DNA of 64,000 nt. It comes from Paraspadella gotoi (taxonomy: Eukaryota; Animalia; Chaetognatha). The stretch covers positions 4,093,990 through 4,157,989 of the forward strand of contig CM119271.1 in assembly GCA_051294375.1 (NCBI GenBank), given 5' to 3'. Both the position numbers and the translations under genes were made by a program. Below are positions 25,693-38,000 of the stretch, one piece after another. Within the stretch, counting starts at the first letter, position 1; every line of letters starts with the position of its first letter. The notes under the pieces are model-generated. The model was not told the DNA's origin. It saw only the letters and a program-made list of their open reading frames with translations, and searched no databases.

Positions 25693-26002
25693 AGCGTTTT
25701 TCGTTCCAACTTCTGATAATGTCTTGTAAAGAAGTGCTAGCGATAGCTTTTGTCAAGAAAATTCCTTCAGTACAACGGAGAAGTGTACTTCGTTTCACAA
25801 GATAAATCATTCGGGTATTTGTAAACGATGGAAAAACGGAAGTGGGAACAATATATCAATCACCGAATGACAAACATTGTGGAATGGCCATGCAACAAAC
25901 CTACAGAGCTAATTACAAATCTAATCGGTTCCTACGAATGAAAACTATATATAGAACTCGAAATATCGGTTAATTCTGTAACCCAACCAGCTCTTTCCGG
26001 CG

Positions 26003-29000
26003 TCATAATGAAACGGATACGCCCGTCGACCATCCATCGAGCTGCTTCCGGCAATTTTCCATTTCCCGGATCTTCTCGCGAAGTTTTTCTCTCTCTGCGC
26101 CGATTCGAGGGTCCTCGCTCATCGACCGGATTTCCTCGTCGCTGGCCGTCGACGTAATGGACGTCACCTGCGGAAAATTGGGTAGGGAGACGCTGAATTG
26201 AGGACCGAGTGGTTTGATTTTGGGGACGTTGCTTGAATTTGAAAATAGATGAGCAGAGTTTCCATTTAACGTTAAAACGGTGGGGAATGTTATCCTGGAT
26301 AAAACCCTATCTCGAGTCTGATTATGGCCAACACCAACATTAAGCTTATATTATACATTTATAACTCCAAAATCTGTGCCTTGTTACGTAGAAATTGAAA
26401 AATCCATCAACCATTCATCAGCGGCCATTGGTGCCGAAGGCAAGTCATTCGCCTCCCAAACCAAAGGTCCAGGGTTCTAGCCCGGTGGTCGCCTAGCAGT
26501 TTAGAGGGACGGGGCGCTTAACCCGCCTGTAACATGGTGTTACAGCCTGATCCGAAGCTCAGGGACTGCTTATATTGAACGGTTCTGTCACTAATACATA
26601 TCAATAATTACTGTCTCTTCATTGGTGAGCCCGACTTCCAAACACAACAGCAACAACAACACTTTCAGGCAACATGACTCAACCTGGCGATGCACTTTCC
26701 GCCATCAACACATCAGGCGACATGCCTCAACTTGGTGATGAACTTTCCACCAACACAACAATTCACTGAAGAGACGCAACAGACTTCTCCCTACGGGAGG
26801 GGGGCACAGACCATCAGTTTCACATCCGACCACGGAAAAATTCCTACCACCTCCGTTACCCTTCCTACCGAGTACACGACCATCAGTTCACATCCGACCA
26901 CGGAAAATTCTACCACCTCCGTTACCCTGTATGGTGGACTAAAATCCACCAACCATTCATCAGCGGCCATTGGTGTGGAGGCAAGTCATTCACCTCCCAA
27001 CCCAAAGGTCCGGGGTTCTAGCCTGGTGGTCGTCTGGCAGTTAAGAGGGACGGGGCGCTTAACCCGACTGAAACATGGTGCTTATATTGAACGGTTCTGT
27101 CACTAACACATTTCAATAATTACTGTCTCTTCACTCACCTGATTTTGCACGTTAAAGCTGAGCTTACGCAACATGATGTACAGAATCTTCATGGGTACGA
27201 TCTCCATCATGCGGCGCGAGGACACTCTGAAGTAGGCCTTGATGTTGAGGAGGTGCTTTCGCGCCTCGTTGCGGCACCAAATGTCGGAATCGGGCGACAA
27301 CACCTCGACCTTCGCCAGGGTGAGGCCGGTCGAATCCGGCGTGGGGTTGCTCTCGGGATCAGCGGGCATTCTGAGAACTCCGGCCACCATTTGAACTTCT
27401 TGGTCGTAGATGTTATCCTGCATGACGATGATTGCATAAGATTTTGAAAATCGCAAAATTATTGTAACTCTATATTTTTAAAAATTTTATAAAGTTCAAA
27501 TAATTTTGAATAAATATTGAATAATTTAAGTTTACTTCATATTTTTGTATAATGGGGAAAGGGATGTTACTGTTAGTGCTGTTATTTGGAAATAGAAGGA
27601 ACATCTACACGAAACAACGTTAAAAATATTTTCTGCCCTAGCCTAGGTTTCTAATTAGATATATTGTGGCGGTATATTCACACCGCCTCACGTTCACCCG
27701 GCTGTTGCCATAANNNNNNNNNNCTGTTGCCATAATATCACAACGTTCTTGTTAGAAAGTCATTTAAATTCAAACAAGTTTGAGCAAACAATGTCTGATC
27801 TGCCCACGATCATTAGCGGTAATTAATTAATTAATTCAATTAATTAATTTAATCCTAAATGTTTGTTTTTAGGTGTTTTCGTCACTGAATACGACAAAAG
27901 CAACGAAGATGATGATGACAATAATGCCGATAACGATTCACTTACTTGATTATCGTAATAAGAGGTTTCGATATAATAGTAATGATTTACCGACAAAATT
28001 TTGGGGTGGGACCGACAAAGTGGAGGAATCGGAATCTGCTGATAAGCAGATCCGACTAAAAACAAGTTTGAGCAAACAAGGTCGAATCTGCCCACGATCA
28101 TTATCGGTAATTAATTAATTAATAATTAATTTATTTAAGTTAATTATTTCATTAATTAGGTAATTAATTAATTTGATCCAAAATGTTTGTTTTGATTGAT
28201 TGACTGATTAATTAATTATTGATTAATTACTTGATTAATTAACTGATGAATTATTTGATTAATTAATACATCTTGCATTTACATTTAAAATAAAAAGAAA
28301 AAGAAGCATAATCAATTAGTGAAACAAGTTCTTTGTTTTTTCCATTTAAACTCATTTCCACTCAAACGATTCCATTGAAACTTGATTTCCAGTTAATCAC
28401 ACACTTTTCTACCCAAATACAAAATTTCAAGTCAATCGCCCCATCCATTCATGAGTAATTGGTGTTCAAATAGTGAAATAGATTTTTTTGTTTTTTCCAT
28501 TTAAACTCATTTCCACTCGGACGATTCTATCGAAACTTCATATCCAGCTCAATCACACACTTCCCTACCGACACACAAAATTTTATTCCAATCCATCCAT
28601 CCAAGCACGATTAATTGGTATTTTTTGCTAAGGTGGGACAGACGGACAGACAGACGGACATAGTTTTTTTGGTACTTTTTTTCAAAGAAGCCCCCTTGCT
28701 GCGGCTCCTAAAGCAGCAGACTCAAACACGCACAAAAATTGTATTTTTCTGCTTCCGTCGTCGTTTTATGCGTCACTCCTTTTGTCGTCGCTCTCATCGT
28801 CGCAACTGTTTCCTCCATCGTTCAAATTATCGTCGTCGTTTCTGTCGATCCCGATCCTGACGGAAGCTTAATTCTTTCTCTCGCTGAGACCCAGCAAGCC
28901 AGAATTTTATTGTTGCAAAAGTAGCATAGGAAAAAATAACCCTAATCCCTAACCATAATCCCACCCCTAATCCCTAATATCTATCCCCTAAACTAACCTT

Positions 29001-32000
29001 ATCCCTAACCGAAACCCTAAACAATTAATGCATCGTCGTCGTTTTTGTCGATCCCGATCCTGACTCTGTCATCCAGCCAGAGAGAGAGCTTGACTTGACT
29101 TGAAAGGCATTCGTCCAACGAGGACTACCTCACTCTCAAAGCTGTCTAAGATGGTAGACTTGAGACTTGCCTTGAGAGGCTGCAGCCAGAATGTTGTTTA
29201 ATTAGGGTGGGGAAAGATAGAGGAAGAGAGGGAGAGAGGAGGAGGGAGGAGGGGATTGGGAAGGTGAGGAAGAGGGGGAGGTGACCAGGTCGGCTGGGCC
29301 TGACCCACTCCGTTACTCAAGAAAACAGATCGGGATTCGCCTTTCGGCTTTTCCTTCTCCTTGATCGCTTGAGCCTCCCGTCTCTTTTGCCATCCGAAAG
29401 GATGTTCCCGCTAGCACCGCGTGGAGGTAGAGACGTACTGCTAGCCCAGAGAGAGAGCGCGAGAGAGATTCGCTGCTCCGTCATACGGCAATGGGGCATC
29501 GATGGAAAAGGCCTTTTTTTTTGCATAATTTATCATAATTCGATGTTCTGTTATGATATAAGTGAATGCCCAACAAGATTGAGGGGGCGGACCGACTTAC
29601 CGACAAAGTGAATTATAGAGTCGGGATCTGTTGAAAGCAGATCCGACTAATAAATATCTACTAAAAGGCCAAACAGATAGGGGTGGAAAGTGGATAATTT
29701 GTTTAGGAATCAAGGTTATGCGTGATTTGATATTATTATAGGATAAAACGATGTGATATTAAAGTATAAAAAAATGAAACGTAATTATTAAAATAATTTT
29801 AAAAGGCATTTTTTAATATACATAATTTTAGATTATTTTAAACGGCCAGGACGAGACAAACTGACCTGCGTGTAGATCATGTCCTCCATGTCCATGTACT
29901 CTTCCAGTGAGGCCTTGCACTCGCTCAAGGCTTCCTTACAGAGTTTCGTGATGATGTCGCGAACAGTCTTCTCCATTTCTGGGAACACTTCCAACCTTTC
30001 GTGAGCGAGTTGTTGAAATTCCAGGTCAATTAATTGGTAGACCTGGATGTTTATGATAATTAGTCTTTTACGCTGTCGCTGTTTAAAAAAAAATTAGCAT
30101 CGCAAGATTTATTCTTCATTGTATATGTCATTATGTCACTATGTCATTAACTTGTAAGAGTGATGGAGTCCTTAAACCACCAAAGCCTGTCCAAAGTCAG
30201 GGGCAAGATAGCTTATTTATTAAATTAATGGATAATTTTTATATTGGTTGTACCAATTTCAAATTACAAATTTTAGTTTAAGGGGACCAAGTGAACAGGG
30301 GGGTAAAAAGCTGAAAACATAACATTTGACCCTTTAACTTAAGCTGGTTCTGATCATATAATTTTTTCTTCTATAATCATTTGGGAAAGTAGTTAAAAAA
30401 TTTGATAAAATCAGCGAGCTTAATTTTCTTTAAAAAATCGGTAAGAAGAAAATCTTTTTCAAGTTTAAAATTTTTTTTTCCAAAAAAGGGTAAGATCTAA
30501 TTTTAAAAAGATTTTCAGCTTTTATCACAAAAATTTATAAGAAAAGTATCGACTGATTTATTTAAACTTTCTTTTCAAATGATTCTGTTAATTGGATGAA
30601 AATAAAACTCTTTGAAGTAATATAAATATAAAAAGAAGAGAAAGATTCTGTACTTCTGCTAAATTTTTAATTGTTATAATTAGGAATCAATATAGTTTAA
30701 TTATACATTTAAAGGATGAATATGAATATTAATTAATAATTATTACAGTTTTGTTTCTGTAAGAATAGAAATTTAGGTTTGATTTGTCTGCTTTTAAGTA
30801 AATATAAAATATAAAAATATTAATCTTGTAAAGCTTTTGTTCAATAAGGCTTAAACCTAAAATATAGCTTTGTACAGTAAAAAATAAAAAATTGGAATTT
30901 AGTAAAAAATACTTTCTAATGCAAAAATAAAATAATGGATTATATAAATATTTAGGTAGGGTCAACTAAATTTTTTTTTTATAATTATTAAATTTTTGTT
31001 TCCGCTACAATAAGAGATAGGAATTTTTTTGCCAGTTTCCCGTGCAAAAAAAAATTAATGACTATCACCATTCAAATTCCTTTGATGATAGACCCTTAAG
31101 CTTATGATATCATTTTTATCACTGGGTCCCCTTAAGAAAGAAGCCGCTCCTCTAATTATCTTTTATCCATTACCATCGTAGTAAAAGGGAAATTGGAAGT
31201 AAAATTTAATTTTTGTCTCGATGAAACATCCGCAATTTTTCATGTTTTCGTCTCACTAAAACATATTTAACAATAACAGAAACCGCGAGATCCTACGAAA
31301 TTGTCACCTGCTGAAGACACTCCATGATCGGCACTCGGCACGCCCCCACGAATTCCCGAATGTTCGCCTCAAAGACGGAAAACTTGACATAAGGCAGCAG
31401 CTCCCGTCCGCGCATCTCGTTCATGTCCCGCTTCAAAGTGTTCAGGAGTTCCTCGTCCTTGGAGGAAGGGGCCACGGCTGTCGAAGCGGCGTCCGGAGCG
31501 GCGACGGCGGGGGCGTCCGCTGCAGAAAGACATTCGAAGGCGTCATCAACGCAGTCGAAGGAACCGTCTGACACGGATCGACACCGAGAGGCGTTGCCTG
31601 GAAACGATACGAGGCTCGTCGTCGTCGTCGGCGGCTGACCTTTTCTTCTCCTTATATTGTGAAGTTTATCTCATTCGAATTTCAAGCCAAGAAGTAAAAT
31701 CACGTTTTTTTCTCGCCTTTTAATCGACGTTATCAACTACATTTTTAACCTCGTTATATCTACTTCAAGTATATCGTCCGTTTATTATTGTTTTGAATAT
31801 AATAATAATACGTTGTTGAAACGTAAAATCTCTTTTGCCTTTGTTATTGACATTCCAAGTAGTTGATATAAAATTATTTAAATTAAATCAACGACTTAAT
31901 TCTTTGTGACGAGGGTCTCCAAAACTCTCCTTCTTTGTGAGGTACGAGTTTGTGACAGGCTGATGATCAAATTCATCATGTATTGTAGTCTATTTAGCTC

Positions 32001-35000
32001 TTGCGGATTAATTTATCTCCCATCTGCTCAAGGCTGACTTTTTAAGCGATTCAAATTTCGTAATTTTCATAAATAGCTTTCATAAGCGACGAGCCTTAAC
32101 TTCCCAAAAGCGACAAGAGAATGTTACGCTCTTTAATAAAGCCCTGTGGCAGTACGACTTAAAGCTGCCTCGTCTCAATGGTTAAATCATCTCGTTTCAA
32201 CCGTGCGTCCCGGGTTCAATCCCTTGGATATCCCAGTCACTGAGAAGCCGCTGCTCCAACGCCGGTTGGTGGGATACCCAGCGCCCCGGGTATGTCAGTC
32301 AATCCTCCTTAGCCCTTTCCTTACAACAGACGAGAATCCGCTGCTCCAACGCCGGTTGGTGGGATACCCAGCGCCCCGGGTATGTCAGTCAATCCTCCCT
32401 TAGCCCTTTCCTTACAACAGACGCTGATCCCATTTATTAAAATTCTTATTTCCCAACACCAACAGATGACAGAAAAGTGCTTACCTCCCGTCGGCTGCGG
32501 ATGATCGGCGGTGTCGGGTCGTTTCTCATCGATCTTTCTGGCGAGCTCGTCGAACATCCGTCGGGTTTTCATGAGCAGTTTAACGGAATTAGAGAAACGA
32601 TGGTAGTCGCCTGTTATTTAAGAATGTTATAACCTACGTAGTACCAACTGTCCCTGACCGATTTAATAAAAGCAAAAACCAATACATCAAATACTCTTGA
32701 GCAAACTTCGTAAACTAGCCTAATCCAATTTTACAGTTTAGACTTACCCAAATTTTTAGACACTCCCGACAAACACTTACCCAGACACTCTGACCTCAAC
32801 CTATCGCAGAACGAGTTGAGGACTTTAACAAAGTAGATCTTGAGTTCGTTAACGTTATCTGGCGGACCTTCGCCAAGATCGAGCAGTTCGTCGTTGAGAT
32901 GTTGGATAGTATCGTTGAGCTGAAGGGAAATGTGGAGGTCGTGACGTAATAAGGCCGTTTTCTGGTCTGTCAGTCTCTCTGTCGATTTGTCTACTCAATA
33001 AAAATTTTAAATCTAAAAAATTAAAATGTCCTAATATTAATATTTCTGATTTGTTTTCACAGTAGTATGCCTGATATTGGGAAAAAATATTGGTACAATA
33101 TTTTAGCGATGTATATTGAAAGTCGATATCATTTTTGTGGTAGTTAACAATAAATAACGAAAATTTTATTTTTTTAAAATTTATTTCTTTTTTTTTCTTT
33201 TTTACTCGTCTCGAATTAAATCACAAAGCCCCAACCTGTTCCCTCAGACCAGGAAGAGAGGTTTTGATCTTTCCAATCAAAGATTTCGTTAACTTCGTCG
33301 CCAAATTTTTAAGTCCTCGTTTGTTCTTGGCGACGTGACGATAATGTTTGTGAGAATCAAAATACTGGGTCTGGGAAAGAAAAAGCGTTTTTGATTCATT
33401 ACAAGATGTCAAAGTTACAAGGCGGTTAAATCACGAATACGATACTTTTCTTATAACATTTTCCATGATTCTACAATCTACAGCATCGTAAAAGTTACCT
33501 CTTGAAGGACGGCCTGTTCCAAGAGCATTCCCTCGTTTATGTCTTCTTGGGATCGACACTTGATCATGATCCAGGGAGAAGATCCGGACAATTTGATCTG
33601 GAAAACGGGGTCGGGGTGCAATTGGAAAGATAATCGCAAATCGGATGACGATAAGTAGGCTGGGTATCAGTTTATAAAGCTGTGCAAACTAAGCTACACG
33701 GACTATTTTGGGGTCTTCGCGAGGTCGCCCCTCTTCCGCGCAGGATCCACTGTTGTAAACGCGAGAGAGATAAATAGGCTGAAGAGTAAGGCGTAGTGAA
33801 AGTTACATACGAAAATTCTAAAAGTCAATTATGAACAACATACCATCAGTGAACATTAATTTATAAAAAAAATTAATTTTATGTTTTTTTAATTTTCGCA
33901 GTAGGCTATATTTTTATACTGTACTATATATATTTTTTTAAATTTTTAACCCACTTAACGAAATAATTTTTAAAAATGATTTATATTTTCTTTTAACAAC
34001 TTTTGACGAGGAATTCAAATCTGCAATCAAAATTTAAAACTTTTTCGATTTTATAAGGATAGTACTGTATATAAATATAGCCGACTGCGAAAATTAAAAA
34101 GGTTCCATTGGGATTCCTCCCAACAGGATTCCTCCCACGCGGGATTCCTCCCACGCGGGATTCCTCCCCAAGGGATTCCTCCCAATGGAATTGCTCCCAC
34201 ACGGGATTCCTCCCAAAAGAATTCCTCCCACACGGGATTCCTCCCAAAGGAATTCCTCCCACGCGGGATTCCTCCCACACGGGTTTCCTCCCCACAGAAT
34301 TCCTCCCCATGGAATTCCTCCCAAGCGGGATTCCTCCCACGCGGGATTCCTCCCATGCGAATTCCTCCCACGTGGGATTCCTCCCACACGAGATTCCTCC
34401 TACACGGAATTCCTCCCACACGAGATTCCTCCCATGCGGGATTCCTCCCACGCGGGATTCCTCCCACGCGGGATTCTTCCCACGCGGGATTCCTCCCACA
34501 CGGGATTCCTCCCACGCGGGATTCCTCCCATGCGGGATTCCTCCCATGCGGGATTCCTCCCGTGCGGGATTCCTCCCACGGGGGATTCCTCCCACGGGGG
34601 ATTCCTCCCATGCGGGATTCCTCCCACGCGGGATTCCTCCCGCACGGGATTCCTCACAGGCGGGATTCCTCCCACGCGGGATTCCTCCCGTACGGGATTC
34701 CTCACAGGCGGGATTCCTCCCACGCGGTATTCCTCCCACACGGGATTAAAATGAGTCGGGATCTGTTGAAAAAGCAGATCTCGAGACTTAATATATCTAC
34801 TGAAAGGAACCAAAAGCGAGGAAAATAGGGGTGGAAAGTGGAAATAAATTTGTTTAGGAAAAAATACAAGGCTTTATGCCGTGATTTGCATATTAATTAT
34901 AGGATAAACGATGTGATATAAAAGTAATTAAAAATGAAAACGAAATTATTAAAAATATTTTAAAAGCACAAGTTTTTTATAATATAACGAGTAATTATTT

Positions 35001-38000
35001 AAAAGATTTATATTTAAAAAACAGGTCCACCGCACCGCAGGAGAGAGACGAGACTGACCTGAGCGTGTAAGAATCATAAGTCGCTAAATCGAAGGACGAC
35101 GGATGGTCCATGTACTCTTGTCCAGGTGGAAGGCCTTGCAACTCGTCAAGGCATGTAAACCTTAACGGAGTTTCGTGATTGATGTCGCGAAACGAGTCTT
35201 ACACTCAGCATTTCTGGGAATCTACTTCTAACCTTAATTCCGTGAGGCAGAGTAATAATCGTTATGAATAGATTCCATGAAGAGGGGATCAATATACACA
35301 GAATTGGATATGAGGAGTACCGCAAGAAAAAACCATGGATGTTTATGATATCAAATTAAGCTAAACCTTTTACACGTCATGTCGATGTAATAAAAAGTTA
35401 GCGAATACAAATCGAGCAAGATTATATTCTTACATTGTAAGTTGTGTGTGCTATTAATGTCACTAAATGAGAATCATTAACTTGTAGAAGAGTGATGGGA
35501 AGTCGAAGAAACATTAAACCACAGCCTGATCCAAAAAGAATAAAGAGGCAAGAATAGTTATTTATTAAATTAAAATCGGAAAAATAAAAGAATTATTTAA
35601 TATATAGGTTGTAACCGAATCTATATTAACAATTTTGTAGTTTAACAGGGGAGCGAATAGAATGAACAGAGGAAAAGTGGGAGTAAAACTGAAAACATAA
35701 ACATTATGACGCCTTTAACTTGTAAGGCGTAGGTTACTGATCATATAAAAATAAAGAAATTGTTTTCATTCTATAGTAAATGAAATCAAATATTCGGAAA
35801 AAGTAGTCATAAAAAATTTATAAAAATTCAAGAAGGGGAGCTTAATCTTTTCTATTAAAAAAAATACGGTAAAAGGAAGAAACAAGAAAGGAAAATCTCA
35901 TATCTTTTCAAAGTTTTAAAATTTTTTTTAATCCAAAAAAAGGGTAATGGAATCTAATTAATTAAAAAGATTATTTTAGCAATTTTAAAAATCAACAAAA
36001 CAAAAAAGGCGGATGTATAATAAGAAGAAGTATCAGACTGAGATTTGATTTAATTTAAACTTTTTTTTCACAAATGAATTTGTCTGTAAATTGGAAATGA
36101 AAATAAAACTCTTATAATAGTAAGTATAAATAAAATAGATAAAAAAGAAGAGAAAGTTTGCTAGTAACTATCTGCTAAACTTTTTAAGTTAGAGTGTATA
36201 TAATGCAATTATTAAAAGAAAAGGCGGGGGAAGTAGGAATCAATATAAGTATTTTTATACAAATATTAAAGGAATGAAATAATGAATTAATAATTAATAA
36301 ATAATTACAACGATTTTGGTTTCTGTAAAGAAAAATAGATAATTAGAATGGATATTTGTAAATCTTTAATAAGTAAATGTGAGGAAAAAATAATAAAATA
36401 TTAAGTGATTTTTATCTTAAGTAAAGCTTATTGAAGTTCAAGAAAAATAGGGCTTTAAACCCTAAATATATACATAAGGAGCCTTCTGTACAGTTAATGG
36501 TAATATAAAAAAAAAATTGGAATTATTAGTAGAAGAAAAATATCTTTCTAATGAGAAAAATAATAATAATGGATAATATAGATAGTTATCGGAGACTAAA
36601 GGGGTCAAACTAACATTATTTTTATTAATAATTAAATAAAATAATAATTGAGATTTCGCCGCTAAACAAACAAAAAATAAAAGCATAAGGCTGAAAAGAT
36701 ATTAGTTTTTTAGCCGCAAGTTTCGCCGTGCAGGAGTACAAAAAATTAAAATATAGACTAAATCACCTTAAGATCAACATTCCTTTGATGATGAACCCAA
36801 TAAAACTTATGATATCATTAATATAGTAATCAACTGGTCCCAGCTTAAGAAACCGACGAAGTGAGAGAAGAAGTCAAAAAAGAAAGTCAAGGAGAAGAAA
36901 GAGGAAGGATAAACAGGAGAGAAATGAAAATAGAGAAGAAAAAAAAAAAAAAAAAAATAAAACAGAATTAGAAGAGAAAAAAGAACTAAACAAAGAAACA
37001 GAAACATAATGCAAAACAAAACGAAGCCAGATCAAAAGCGAGATACAAGAAGAAAAAAGAAGAGGACAAAACTGAACAAAAGATGCTAGCAATGAACAAG
37101 TAGCCATCAAACCGACAACACACGAATCATACAGGGAGGAAAAGAGCAAATACGTACATGAAAAGGAACAACAAGAAATGAAAAGACACGACGAAAATTA
37201 AGAAAGGAACAATATCAGAAGAAACAAGCAAAAGAAGCAAGAGCTCAATGCAAAGAAAGAAGGAAAATAAAAAAAAAAGAGGAAAGCAAGCAAATAGAAA
37301 AAAGGAAGTAATATAAGGAAGGAATACTCAGAAGGAAGGAAAAAGACAAATAGAGGAAAATAATCTGAAATCTAAGAGAAGAGGAATGAGAGAAGACAAT
37401 GAAGAAGAGAGAACGAAAGAAAAAGGGATAAAAAAGGAGATACGTGTAGGAACACTGATTAGATAAAAATAAGTGAAAAGACCGCTCCATATACTAAAGA
37501 TTATACAGATATTTTATTCAGCATATACCATCGTAGTAAAAAATCAAAAAATAATGACATAAGAAGGATATGGAAAGGAAAAAATTTAAAGGGTGATTAT
37601 GGGTCTACGAATGAAGAACATACCGGACAAGTTTTTCATGTTTTCGTCTGCCAACTAAACAATAAATATATAAAAAATGGGAGAACAGCAGAACCGAGGA
37701 AGACTCCTAAGCACACACGAAATATGGATCCACCACACAAAGGGGACACTACGAAGAACAAACTCAACGGAAATGGAAATCACCGGACCATAGATCTTCG
37801 GCAACAGAGAACCACCCGCACCGAAAACAGACAGAAGTAAGTACTGGGATAGCGCAGAAAACCGAAGTATTACCGAGACAGCAACAAAAAAAATCCGAAT
37901 GTTCGGAGCCTCGAAAAGAGGGAACCAGGAAAAAACTTACTTTGACATAACGTAACAGTCAGGCAGAGCAGCAATCCCGTTCCCGCGCATCGCGACTCAA

